Assembly (NCBI GenBank): GCA_038062675.1
Contig: JBBTWP010000004.1
Span: forward strand, 6,751 to 70,750
DNA length: 64,000 nucleotides
Reading direction: 5' to 3'
Source of the DNA: Patescibacteria group bacterium
GTDB taxonomy: Bacteria; Patescibacteriota; Minisyncoccia; Phycocordibacterales; UBA1550
Of this stretch, positions 52,590 through 60,439 are shown in pieces; position 1 is the first letter of the stretch; the number at the start of each line of letters is the position of its first letter. The notes beneath the pieces were generated by a model. The model was not told where the DNA came from. It saw only the letters and a list, made by a program, of their open reading frames with translations, and made no database searches. The position numbers and the translations under genes are program-made.

Positions 52590-54728
52590 CTATAGCTTTT
52601 TTCTGCGGAGAAGCAGGGCATTGGCGGCGACAATAACTGTACTTGCCGACATGAGCACCGCTCCAACTGCCGGTTCTAAAATAATGCCCCATGCGTAGAG
52701 TGCCCCTGCAGCGAGCGGTAATGCGACAATATTGTACCCTGTCGCCCAAAAAAGATTTTGAATCATTTTTGTGTAGGTCATTTGAGACAGTTTGATTATT
52801 TTTACAATATCTCGAGGGTCGTTTCGAACGAGAATTATGCCAGCTGATTCAATGGCAATATTTGTACCGGCGCCAATAGCGATACCAAGATCAGCTTGCG
52901 ATAGAGCTGGTGCGTCGTTGACTCCATCTCCAACCATTGCGACTTTTTGTCCACGACTTTGCAGTTCTTTTACTTTTGCTGATTTCTGTTCAGGGAGTAC
53001 GCGTGCAAAGTATTCATCGATGCCAAGTTCAGTGCTTACCCACTGCGCGACATCCTCAGAGTCGCCCGTGATCATTGCGGAGCGGATACCGATTTTTTTT
53101 AGTGCCAAGATTGCTTCCTGCGACTCTTTTCGGATGATGTCGGCAAGAGCAATTGCGCCGAGTAGTTCGCGAGCTTTTATTGTAAAAATAACTGTCTGCC
53201 CCTTTTTTCCTGCATCGGTTATCTGTTGGATGAGCTCATTGGGAATGCTGATACCCATGTCTTCAAGAAGTGTTGCTCCGCCAACCTGAATTTCTTCTTC
53301 CTTAATAAAAGCTTTTACCCCCTTACCCTTCATTGCTTCAAATTTTCTTGGTTCCGTTAGTGTAAGTCCTTGCTCTTTTGCTTTGGCGACGATTGCCTTT
53401 GCAATCGGATGCTCCGAGAGTGCGTCGAGGGATGCTGCAAGTCGCAAAACTTCTTCCTCTGTGTTGTTTTTTGTGCTCCATACATTTACCACACCAAATG
53501 CTCCGGTGGTTAATGTTCCCGTTTTATCAAAGAGCACCACATCGATGCTTCGCGCCACTTCGAGTGCAATTCGTTTTTTTATAAGGAAACCGTTTTGGGC
53601 CGCTTTGGTTGTGGAAATAGAAGCAACAAGAGGCACAGCAAGACCTAACGCGTGAGGACATGCGATGACGAGCACCGCCACAAGTCGAGCGACAGCAAAG
53701 CTAGCCTCTGCCCCTACAAAAAGCCACAAGGTGAGGGTTGCGATTCCTCCCGTCACGGCAACGATAGTCAAGTAAAGTGCAGCTCTGTCTGAGAGTATTT
53801 GAAGTCTTGATTTGGACGACTGTGCTTCTTCGACGAGTCGCATAATGCCGGCAAGAAAAGTTTTTTCTCCAATATGAGAGACGTTGACCTTGAGCGCACC
53901 ATCACCGTTGATTGTCCCCGCAATGACCATGCTCCCCACTATTTTTGAAATAGGTTTTGATTCCCCTGTAACCATTGATTCGTTGATGTCAGATTCCCCG
54001 TCAATGATTATGCCATCTGCAGGTATTCTTGTTCCCGGTCGTACAAAGACGGTGTCGTTTTCTTGGAGTAGTGTAAGTGCTATAGTTTCCGTTTTGCCTT
54101 CTCGAATAACTTCGGCAGTATCAGGGAGCAATTTTGAAAGTTCTTTGAGTGCTCCCTGTGCTCCCGTGACCGCACGCATTTCAATCCAGTGCCCGAGCAA
54201 CATGATGGTGATGAGTGTTGTCAATTCCCAAAAAAGTGTTTCTTCGTCTGCGAACACGGCATACACGCTCCAGAGGTACGCCGCTATTGTTGCCATTGCA
54301 ATTAGCGTCATCATGCCCGGAAGACGCGCTTGTAGTTCTTTTTGCGCTCCAGCGAGGAATACAAAACCACCGTAGAAAAATACAATCGTCCCTAATATTA
54401 GTGGTAGGTATTCGGAACCAGAGAAGCTTGGAGGCGACCACTGAAAAATCATTTTAATAACATCAGCATACAAGACGACCGGAATCGTGAGAATTAAACT
54501 TATCCAAAATTTTCTTAAAAACGTTGTAGTATTGTGTCCGGCATGCTTACCGTGTTCACGGTGGATAGGTTCTTGTGTTCTTGTTGTTGGTACAAGTTGC
54601 ATTCCGCATTCAGGGCACATGCCGGGGCTCGTGCGCAACACTCCAGAATGCATGGGGCATGTATAAGAGGGGCTAGGGGAGTTTGGTGATACTGCTCCGT
54701 GTTCAGTGAAGTGTTTCATATGATTCAA
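52590..54728 (-). CDS. copB: Copper-translocating P1B-type ATPase with CPH motif (CopB-like) and an N-terminal CPMH...CPxCGM metal-binding motif
   Basis: ACPHALGLAVP in TM6, TGES, DKTGTLT, GDGVNDAPAL. N-terminus YTCPMHSGVLRTSPGMCPECGMQLVP. Confidence 0.88.
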   Translation of the reverse strand: MNHMKHFTEHGAVSPNSPSPSYTCPMHSGVLRTSPGMCPECGMQLVPTTRTQEPIHREHGKHAGHNTTTFLRKFWISLILTIPVVLYADVIKMIFQWSPPSFSGSEYLPLILGTIVFFYGGFVFLAGAQKELQARLPGMMTLIAMATIAAYLWSVYAVFADEETLFWELTTLITIMLLGHWIEMRAVTGAQGALKELSKLLPDTAEVIREGKTETIALTLLQENDTVFVRPGTRIPADGIIIDGESDINESMVTGESKPISKIVGSMVIAGTINGDGALKVNVSHIGEKTFLAGIMRLVEEAQSSKSRLQILSDRAALYLTIVAVTGGIATLTLWLFVGAEASFAVARLVAVLVIACPHALGLAVPLVASISTTKAAQNGFLIKKRIALEVARSIDVVLFDKTGTLTTGAFGVVNVWSTKNNTEEEVLRLAASLDALSEHPIAKAIVAKAKEQGLTLTEPRKFEAMKGKGVKAFIKEEEIQVGGATLLEDMGISIPNELIQQITDAGKKGQTVIFTIKARELLGAIALADIIRKESQEAILALKKIGIRSAMITGDSEDVAQWVSTELGIDEYFARVLPEQKSAKVKELQSRGQKVAMVGDGVNDAPALSQADLGIAIGAGTNIAIESAGIILVRNDPRDIVKIIKLSQMTYTKMIQNLFWATGYNIVALPLAAGALYAWGIILEPAVGAVLMSASTVIVAANALLLRRKKL

Positions 54729-54735
54729 TTATACA

Positions 54736-56016
54736 TCACTTTTGCTCATTTTTTGCGGCGGCATTACCTGCAACAAATCCAGTGGTCCAACAAATCTGGA
54801 GACTAAAACCTCCTGACGGGCGGTCAAAATCGAGGACATCCCCTGCAAGGTAAAGATTTTCAACGATATGTGAACGCATGGTTTTAAAATCAATTTCTGT
54901 AAGCGCTACGCCTCCGCTTGAAACAATAGCTTTTTCGGGACCAAGAAGTCCGGTGGGAGTAATGGTGAGAGATTTTAGAATCTCTACGAATGCAAGTCGG
55001 GCCGTGCGGGGAATTTCGTTTACGAAAAGCTCTGGATTGATTTTCGACATTTCTGCCAGAATCGGCGCGAATCGTGCGGGAACAAAACCGGAAAGCGCGT
55101 TCTTCCATTTTTTATTTTGTACGATAGCAAAGTGCTCAAGGAGTTTTGAGTCGAGATTTGCACGGTCGAGTGCGGGGAAGAGGTCAAATTCGAGCGTGAC
55201 AGAGCTTTCTTTCATTGCTTCGCCAATCAAGCGGCTCATGTTGAGAACAAGTGGTCCCGAGATGCCAAAATGCGTAAAAAGCATTTTTCCTGTTTGTGTT
55301 TCGGTACGGATGCCGTTTTCAAGAATGGTAATTTTTACATTGGGTAAAGCGACACCTTTGAGAGTGTGCACCCAAGATTCAGATATTTTTACGGGAACAA
55401 GAGCGGGGTCGGGGGTGACGATAGTGTGCCCTAGTTTTTTGAGCCATGAAAATCCGTCTCCGGTCGAGCCGGTTTCAGGGCGCGAGGTTCCTCCAGTGGT
55501 TATAATAAAAGATCGTGCCTGGATAATCCCTCTTGGCGTTTCTGCTCCGGTGATAGCCTCGTTCTTGAGAATTAATTTTGTGACGGGTGCATTCAAAAAA
55601 GTTTGAATATTATGTTTCTTTAGGTCATGTACGAGTACATCCCAAACGCTTTGTGCTGATCCGCTTTTGGGGAACATGCGCCCTTCTGCCTCAAGCATGG
55701 TTGGCATACCGCGAGACTCAAAAAAATCGACTGTATTTTGTGTATCGAATTGCGCAAGAGGGGAGAGAAGAAACTTCCCTTTTTCCCCGTATTTTTTTGC
55801 AAGTACGCGATGGTTGAATGTAGCATTGGTTACATTGCAACGGCCCCCGCCAGTGATGAGGAGTTTTTTGCCAAGCTTGTCGTTTTTCTCGATAAGTACG
55901 ACGTGCCGACCGAGCTCGGCCGCACGGATAGCCGCCATCATTCCTGCGGGGCCGCCACCAATGATGGCAATGTCATACATAATGTCTTTTGTTGTCGGGG
56001 ATGATTTCATATCCAT
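54736..56016 (-). CDS. NAD(P)/FAD-dependent oxidoreductase, HI0933/BaiN-like flavoprotein
   Basis: YDIAIIGGGPAGMMAAIRAAE dinucleotide fold, then KKLLITGGGRCNVTN, typical of the HI0933 family. First gene of the long minus-strand operon. Confidence 0.85.
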   Translation of the reverse strand: MDMKSSPTTKDIMYDIAIIGGGPAGMMAAIRAAELGRHVVLIEKNDKLGKKLLITGGGRCNVTNATFNHRVLAKKYGEKGKFLLSPLAQFDTQNTVDFFESRGMPTMLEAEGRMFPKSGSAQSVWDVLVHDLKKHNIQTFLNAPVTKLILKNEAITGAETPRGIIQARSFIITTGGTSRPETGSTGDGFSWLKKLGHTIVTPDPALVPVKISESWVHTLKGVALPNVKITILENGIRTETQTGKMLFTHFGISGPLVLNMSRLIGEAMKESSVTLEFDLFPALDRANLDSKLLEHFAIVQNKKWKNALSGFVPARFAPILAEMSKINPELFVNEIPRTARLAFVEILKSLTITPTGLLGPEKAIVSSGGVALTEIDFKTMRSHIVENLYLAGDVLDFDRPSGGFSLQICWTTGFVAGNAAAKNEQK

Positions 56017-56045
56017 ATTTTACTTCATGTTCGAGATTTACTATA

Positions 56046-56486
56046 ATGCTCCAGTCGACGAAACTTCAGTCTATGCCCATTCCTATTTTATACAATGCTT
56101 CTTTGGTAGTTAAACGTTCAAGTGCGGGCTTGGGGCTTTTTGCGGGTGCCAAAATAAAACGTGGCGCATATCCTATTGAATATATTGGTACAGTTGTCCG
56201 AGGAAAGGCAGTAAATGATATTGCGAATAAATACCTCTTTGAAACAAGTCGATATCGCATGATTGATGGAAGCTCCCGAAAGAACATTGCACGGTACATC
56301 AACCATTCTTGTAAGCCGAATTGCGAGATTGATATTATTGGCGGACGCGTGTTTGTGCATACGCTTCGCAGTATCAAGGAAGGGGAAGAGCTCACGTATG
56401 ATTATGGGGATGAATATATTGATGAATATATTAAGCCCTATGGCTGTCGTTGTGCACCGTGTGGCATGAAAGGGAAGAATCGCTAA
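56046..56486 (+). CDS. SET-domain protein (putative protein-lysine methyltransferase)
   Basis: GLGLFAGAKIKRGAYPIEYIG ... ARYINHSCKPNCE ... GEELTYDYG followed by a post-SET-like CRCAPCG. The start (56046 vs 56073) is uncertain because TATAAT overlaps the first ATG. Confidence 0.8.
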   Translation: MLQSTKLQSMPIPILYNASLVVKRSSAGLGLFAGAKIKRGAYPIEYIGTVVRGKAVNDIANKYLFETSRYRMIDGSSRKNIARYINHSCKPNCEIDIIGGRVFVHTLRSIKEGEELTYDYGDEYIDEYIKPYGCRCAPCGMKGKNR

Positions 56487-56513
56487 CACCCTTTATTCGA
56501 GGTTTTAAAAAAA

Positions 56514-56542
56514 TTGTCCCGCACGCGAAGCGTGCGGGACAA
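56514..56542 (-). terminator. Intrinsic terminator of the zinc-ribbon gene (also follows the SET gene)
   Basis: TTGTCCCGCACGC gaa GCGTGCGGGACAA. On the minus strand it is followed by TTTTTTTAAAA. Confidence 0.75.
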
Positions 56543-56574
56543 TGGTACAAAAAAAGATTTGCTTGGGCTTTAAG

Positions 56575-56841
56575 CTATCCCGTTAAATCGTATGCATGAA
56601 GCAAATCGGTACGCGGACAAACGCAATTTCGGCCATCATGACGCACGTTGATGCCTTTTCGCGTATGCCGTGAAAATTTTTTCAAACGCACAAGGTGCAT
56701 TTGTGTGCCAATGGTATAAATGTTCACTGTCGGAAGCCTCGGCTCTGCACAATTTTCGCACGTTTTAAAATCTGCATCTTGAACGTGTCCACAATGGGGA
56801 CACTCAGCCATCTTGCTTTTTTGTTTGCGAACTTCACTCAT
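56575..56841 (-). CDS. Small zinc-ribbon protein (88 aa), function unknown
   Basis: CPHCGH ... CENC zinc-ribbon pairs near the N-terminus. AAGGAGGGA Shine-Dalgarno 6-7 nt upstream of the ATG at 56841. Confidence 0.5.
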   Translation of the reverse strand: MSEVRKQKSKMAECPHCGHVQDADFKTCENCAEPRLPTVNIYTIGTQMHLVRLKKFSRHTRKGINVRHDGRNCVCPRTDLLHAYDLTG

Positions 56842-56924
56842 CTGCACTCCCTCCTTGCTAGTTGCTCACGGTTGTACAAAATTGTCTTTTCTCAGTATGC
56901 ATAATCATAAAAGTAAAGTCAAGG

Positions 56925-56955
56925 AAACAAAAAGCCCGTCAGAAAAAATGACGGG
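56925..56955 (-). terminator. Intrinsic terminator of the 203-aa gene
   Basis: GCCCGTCA gaaaaaa TGACGGGC. On the minus strand it is followed by TTTTTGTTTCC. Confidence 0.75.
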
Positions 56956-56964
56956 CGAGGGGTG

Positions 56965-57573
56965 TTAATGGGATGAAAAAACTCTGGTTTGAGGATCCGC
57001 GGTAATCGCTTCTTCGGTTGTGGGAATTTCTCGAAGTCCTTCATAATGAAGCCACTGAGCCCAAGAAGGGGCAATTTTTTCGGCAATGCGCAATATGAAG
57101 GCAAGGTCTCGCTCGTCGTGAGGGATACCAGCTCGTTCAAGAGCAAACGACATTCGTTCCGCGGGATGTTTAAATGCGGCACTTTTCATCGCCGAATCAA
57201 TAACCCTCACAAGACCTCGTTCCCCTTCAAAAATCTCAACAAAATCTTCCTTACTAAGAGTGAGAGGCGTCCTTCTTCCCCAGCCCTCCTCGTTTTTTTC
57301 TTGAAGAGATTTCATATCGCGTTGGCCAATGAACGTAATTTGATCCAAACACCATTCAGGGATATCCCCATCACAGTTGACCAAACTTTGTCTTTTAGAA
57401 TCCCAGCGATGTGGATTGCCAGAGACTGGAGTGTTGCCTAACTGAGGGTCAGTCCTTGTTAAGAAAAGATCATCTCCTTTTCGACTTTCGATAATCATTC
57501 TGCCTTGGATTGCGAGAGAGTCTCCCGGGATGGCATTTGCAATAAACTCATCAACGCTGCTCTGGGTGCTCAT
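56965..57573 (-). CDS. Hypothetical protein (203 aa), no recognisable domain
   Basis: ATG at 57573 is preceded by TAGGAGG, with a dedicated terminator. The track's 26-aa upstream extension precedes the SD. Confidence 0.6.
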   Translation of the reverse strand: MSTQSSVDEFIANAIPGDSLAIQGRMIIESRKGDDLFLTRTDPQLGNTPVSGNPHRWDSKRQSLVNCDGDIPEWCLDQITFIGQRDMKSLQEKNEEGWGRRTPLTLSKEDFVEIFEGERGLVRVIDSAMKSAAFKHPAERMSFALERAGIPHDERDLAFILRIAEKIAPSWAQWLHYEGLREIPTTEEAITADPQTRVFSSH

Positions 57574-57695
57574 GGAGAAACCTCCTATGCTAATATAATA
57601 AAAAGGACTGCCACTACTACCTCTATTTCCTTTATACCTTATTCTCGGCAAATTTCCTAGTGTTCAAAAAATACGCTGCTGGGGATAATACAAAA

Positions 57696-57733
57696 AGCGC
57701 GTGAAGGGGATAGAATCTCCTCTTCACGCGCTT
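57696..57733 (-). terminator. Intrinsic terminator of the 187-aa gene
   Basis: GCGCGTGAAGgGGA tagaat CTCCTCTTCACGCGC. On the minus strand it is followed by TTTTTGTATT. Confidence 0.7.
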
Positions 57734-57749
57734 GTTACTTCGCTACTTT

Positions 57750-58313
57750 CTAAATCATTCCTTTGAGTGCCATCTTGACTCCCGCAAATCGTGTAAACCA
57801 AAATGCTCCGCGAGGGAATGCCCATTTTGACTGCGTCCATGCTTGAGAAGAGTGTCGATTGTAGGGAATAGAACGTACACTAACGGGTACTAGAAGCGCA
57901 AAACCAAATTCTTTTGCAATGAGTGCGCACAACCACAAATAGTCAGCGTGTGCAATACATACGATAGTTTTCCATTTAGGGTGTTCCTTGCGAAGTCTTG
58001 CAAAGAATCCGTACACTGAAAGAGAATCGCATCCCGGAAGCACGAAATCACAATGAATGTTACGAATCAAATTTTGCAGTTCCTTCTGGACTACAAGCGG
58101 AAGACTTCGATTGCTAAGGTGCAGATCTTCTATAATGTGCGCAATGGAAAGATTGCTTTCTCCGGGAAGCTGAGGCTTCTCGATTATAAAAGCTACCCCA
58201 ACAATAGCGTCAACTACCCCATCAAAAGTATTTTTGTTTGACCACGTTATTCCTTTTCTGCAATAAGGGCACAAGATTGCTTTGCACAAACGTCGTATGA
58301 ACGGTTTGGACAT
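57750..58313 (-). CDS. Hypothetical protein (187 aa) with N-terminal Cys cluster; weak DUF218/YdcF-like resemblance
   Basis: ATG at 58313 is preceded by GAGGGAG. CKAILCPYC at the N-terminus. VDAIVGVAF ... TIVCIAHADYLWLCALIAKEFGF loosely recalls DUF218 motifs (low confidence). Confidence 0.5.
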   Translation of the reverse strand: MSKPFIRRLCKAILCPYCRKGITWSNKNTFDGVVDAIVGVAFIIEKPQLPGESNLSIAHIIEDLHLSNRSLPLVVQKELQNLIRNIHCDFVLPGCDSLSVYGFFARLRKEHPKWKTIVCIAHADYLWLCALIAKEFGFALLVPVSVRSIPYNRHSSQAWTQSKWAFPRGAFWFTRFAGVKMALKGMI

Positions 58314-58472
58314 AAAATCTCCCTCTTGTTTCTTTGAAATGTACAGCCTGCCTTCAAGCATACTCCTTTTGTTTTGAAAAACAAGTGGGGTTGTCAACAG
58401 GTCTCAAATCCAAGCTGTCTTATGCGTTTGTTTGTTGTGAAATGTATGGGGAGTTGGTAATATGAAGCTATT

Positions 58473-58709
58473 ATGAAAAATAGTATGCGCGGGTTTGGTT
58501 ATATCGGGCTCTTGGTCACACTCGCTCTTGTGGCTGTAATGATGAGCGTTGGCTACTCGTCGCTTCTTTCAAGTAAGAACACTACGGCAGGAGATGCGAC
58601 GACGCAGGAGAGAGGAATAGGCGCAATCCATGAAGCGAATGAAGCCAAGCGATTGCTCGAAGAACAAAGTTCGGCGCAACTCAAAATACAACAACAATTA
58701 CTTAAATAG
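58473..58709 (+). CDS. Small membrane-anchored protein (78 aa) with coiled-coil-like tail
   Basis: MKNSMRGFGYIGLLVTLALVAVMM hydrophobic N-terminus followed by a polar Glu/Gln-rich tail. Confidence 0.4.
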   Translation: MKNSMRGFGYIGLLVTLALVAVMMSVGYSSLLSSKNTTAGDATTQERGIGAIHEANEAKRLLEEQSSAQLKIQQQLLK

Positions 58710-58768
58710 TTTGAATTACGAATCAACGAGTCTCATAATTCTGGCAATAATTTTGATAAGATTTATTT

Positions 58769-60439
58769 TTAATAAACACGGTCTATGTGTTCTTTGATGT
58801 ACGTCATGTCATTGCCAAATACTTTTTTGCCGGGGTTGAAAATGTTTTGTGCATCAAAAATATTCTTAGTTTCCTCGAAAAGCCGATAGATGGTGTCGCC
58901 ATACATTTGACGGAGGAACGGGGTTCGAATGAGGCCGTCGTTGTGTTCTGCTGACATAGAACCTTTGAATTCAAACGTGAGGTCAAAAACTTTTTCGCCA
59001 AGCTCAAGGATGATGTCGCGCTCGCGTGCATTGCGGAGATCCATGAGAGGAATGATGTGCATGTTGCCGTCACCAATGTGCCCTGCGATTGTGTAAGTGA
59101 GATTGTATTCGTTCATGAGTTTAGTGAGGCGCGGTAAAAATTCTGGCAGATACTCAGGTGATACGATGATGTCATCGATAAACGGCGCAGTGCGTTTTTT
59201 TCCACCGTGGTGGCGGAGGAGGTTGAAACTTTCGTGGCGAATGGTCCAGAATTTTTCAGCATCTTCTTTCGAGGTGGTGATTTTTGATTTTACGGCAAAT
59301 TCCTCAATATCCTTTTGTGCGCGGATTGCTTGCTCGGTAGCCTCAACCTCGGTGGTGCCGACAAATTCTGCGAGGAGTACCAATTTTGGAACCCCACCGC
59401 GAAGAATCATCATAACTTCAGGAAGGAAGCGGAAGGCGAGGGTGGCAAGTCCGCGTGCTTTGAGAGATTTTGCAATATCGGGAAAAAACCGAACAGCGAA
59501 TTTGAAGGTGTTGTCGTCGTAGGATTCAAATGTCTCGGGTTTGTGAATGAGGATTTTTTTGACGAGGTTGGGGAGGATTGCTAAGTCCTTAATAAAAACG
59601 ACAAGGAGTTTTGACGCCGGTCGTGGCTCCACAAGCCCGAAGGTGATTTCCGTAGTGATCCCCAAGGTACCCTCAGATCCGGTAAAAAGTTTTGTGAGGT
59701 CAAAGGTGGTGCGATCCCAGACATTCCAAAGGGCGTATCCAGTAGAATTTTTTGAGACACGAGGTTTCGCCTGCGCAATCACGTCATAGTTTGCCTCAAT
59801 GAGATTGTAAACTCTGCGATACACTTCACCTTCAAAGGTTTGCATGGTCATTTTTTGGTCGAGTTCGGTTTTTGAGAGGGGACCAAAAGAATATTCGTTG
59901 CCATCAGCAAGAACAACTTTTAAATTTTGCACATAGCGCTCGGTACTCCCGTAGTTAAGAGTTTTTTCCCCGCCTGCGTTGGTTCCGACCATTCCACCCA
60001 CCGAACAAATACTTTTTGATGCTGGGTATGCGGGCATAATGCGATTCTTTGCAAGAGTTGCTTGTTCGAGGTCGCGGAAAAAAACTCCCGGTTCAACAAT
60101 TGCATGCTCAGCTGTTACTTCTTTGATGGCGTTGAGGTTGCCCATTTCGAGCACAATAGACTCCGTAAGGGCACCACCTGCCATGCCTGTGCCTGCTGCG
60201 CGTGCTGTCAGTGAAATACTTGGGTCATCTTTCTTGTGCTCACTTACAAATCGCACAATCGCTTTAATATCGTCAGTATTTTGCGGGCGAGCAACAAGGC
60301 GCGGCATGAGCTCAAAAATACTTGCGTCATTTGCGCGTGCAACTAGGTCCGCTTGTGTATCTAGGAGTTCTCCTTTGAATGTTGATTCGAGTGATTGTTT
60401 GAGATTCATAATTGTTTTTAAGTTAAAAGATTGGTTCAT
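58769..60439 (-). CDS. FAD-linked oxidase (GlcD / D-lactate dehydrogenase-like, FAD_binding_4 + C-terminal oxidase domain)
   Basis: ARAAGTGMAGGAL, SICSVGGMVGTNAGGEK, GSEGTLGITTEITF and C-terminal GSMSAEHNDGLIR motifs. AAAGGGG SD upstream of 60439. Confidence 0.88.
   Translation of the reverse strand: MNQSFNLKTIMNLKQSLESTFKGELLDTQADLVARANDASIFELMPRLVARPQNTDDIKAIVRFVSEHKKDDPSISLTARAAGTGMAGGALTESIVLEMGNLNAIKEVTAEHAIVEPGVFFRDLEQATLAKNRIMPAYPASKSICSVGGMVGTNAGGEKTLNYGSTERYVQNLKVVLADGNEYSFGPLSKTELDQKMTMQTFEGEVYRRVYNLIEANYDVIAQAKPRVSKNSTGYALWNVWDRTTFDLTKLFTGSEGTLGITTEITFGLVEPRPASKLLVVFIKDLAILPNLVKKILIHKPETFESYDDNTFKFAVRFFPDIAKSLKARGLATLAFRFLPEVMMILRGGVPKLVLLAEFVGTTEVEATEQAIRAQKDIEEFAVKSKITTSKEDAEKFWTIRHESFNLLRHHGGKKRTAPFIDDIIVSPEYLPEFLPRLTKLMNEYNLTYTIAGHIGDGNMHIIPLMDLRNARERDIILELGEKVFDLTFEFKGSMSAEHNDGLIRTPFLRQMYGDTIYRLFEETKNIFDAQNIFNPGKKVFGNDMTYIKEHIDRVY

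Noticed and set aside
52531-52749. N-terminal extensions offered by the ORF track: multicopper oxidase to 52749, znuA-like from 21885, sufC from 19391, sufB from 15893, pseudopilin from 36718, RNase R to 3286, rpsP from 3170, membrane protein to 19010.
   Set aside because: Each extension overlaps the neighbouring gene or a promoter. Each encodes non-homologous, Cys/Arg-rich junk sequence and precedes a better start that matches the family N-terminus and/or has an RBS.
54878-55606. 242-aa plus-strand ORF antisense to the flavoprotein gene, and similar antisense ORFs in the ATPase, rpoB/rpoC, pilM and rnr genes.
   Set aside because: They have no recognisable domains, low-complexity Ser/Arg/Pro-rich translations and no RBS, and they lie opposite genes with unambiguous homology.
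58473-58709. The 78-aa protein (MKNSMRG|FGYIGLLVTLALVAVMM) as an additional type IV pilin.
   Set aside because: Gly-Phe is present, but position +5 is Gly rather than the conserved Glu. The polar tail is short and coiled-coil-like, and the gene is far from the pilus locus. It is kept as a generic membrane-anchored small protein.
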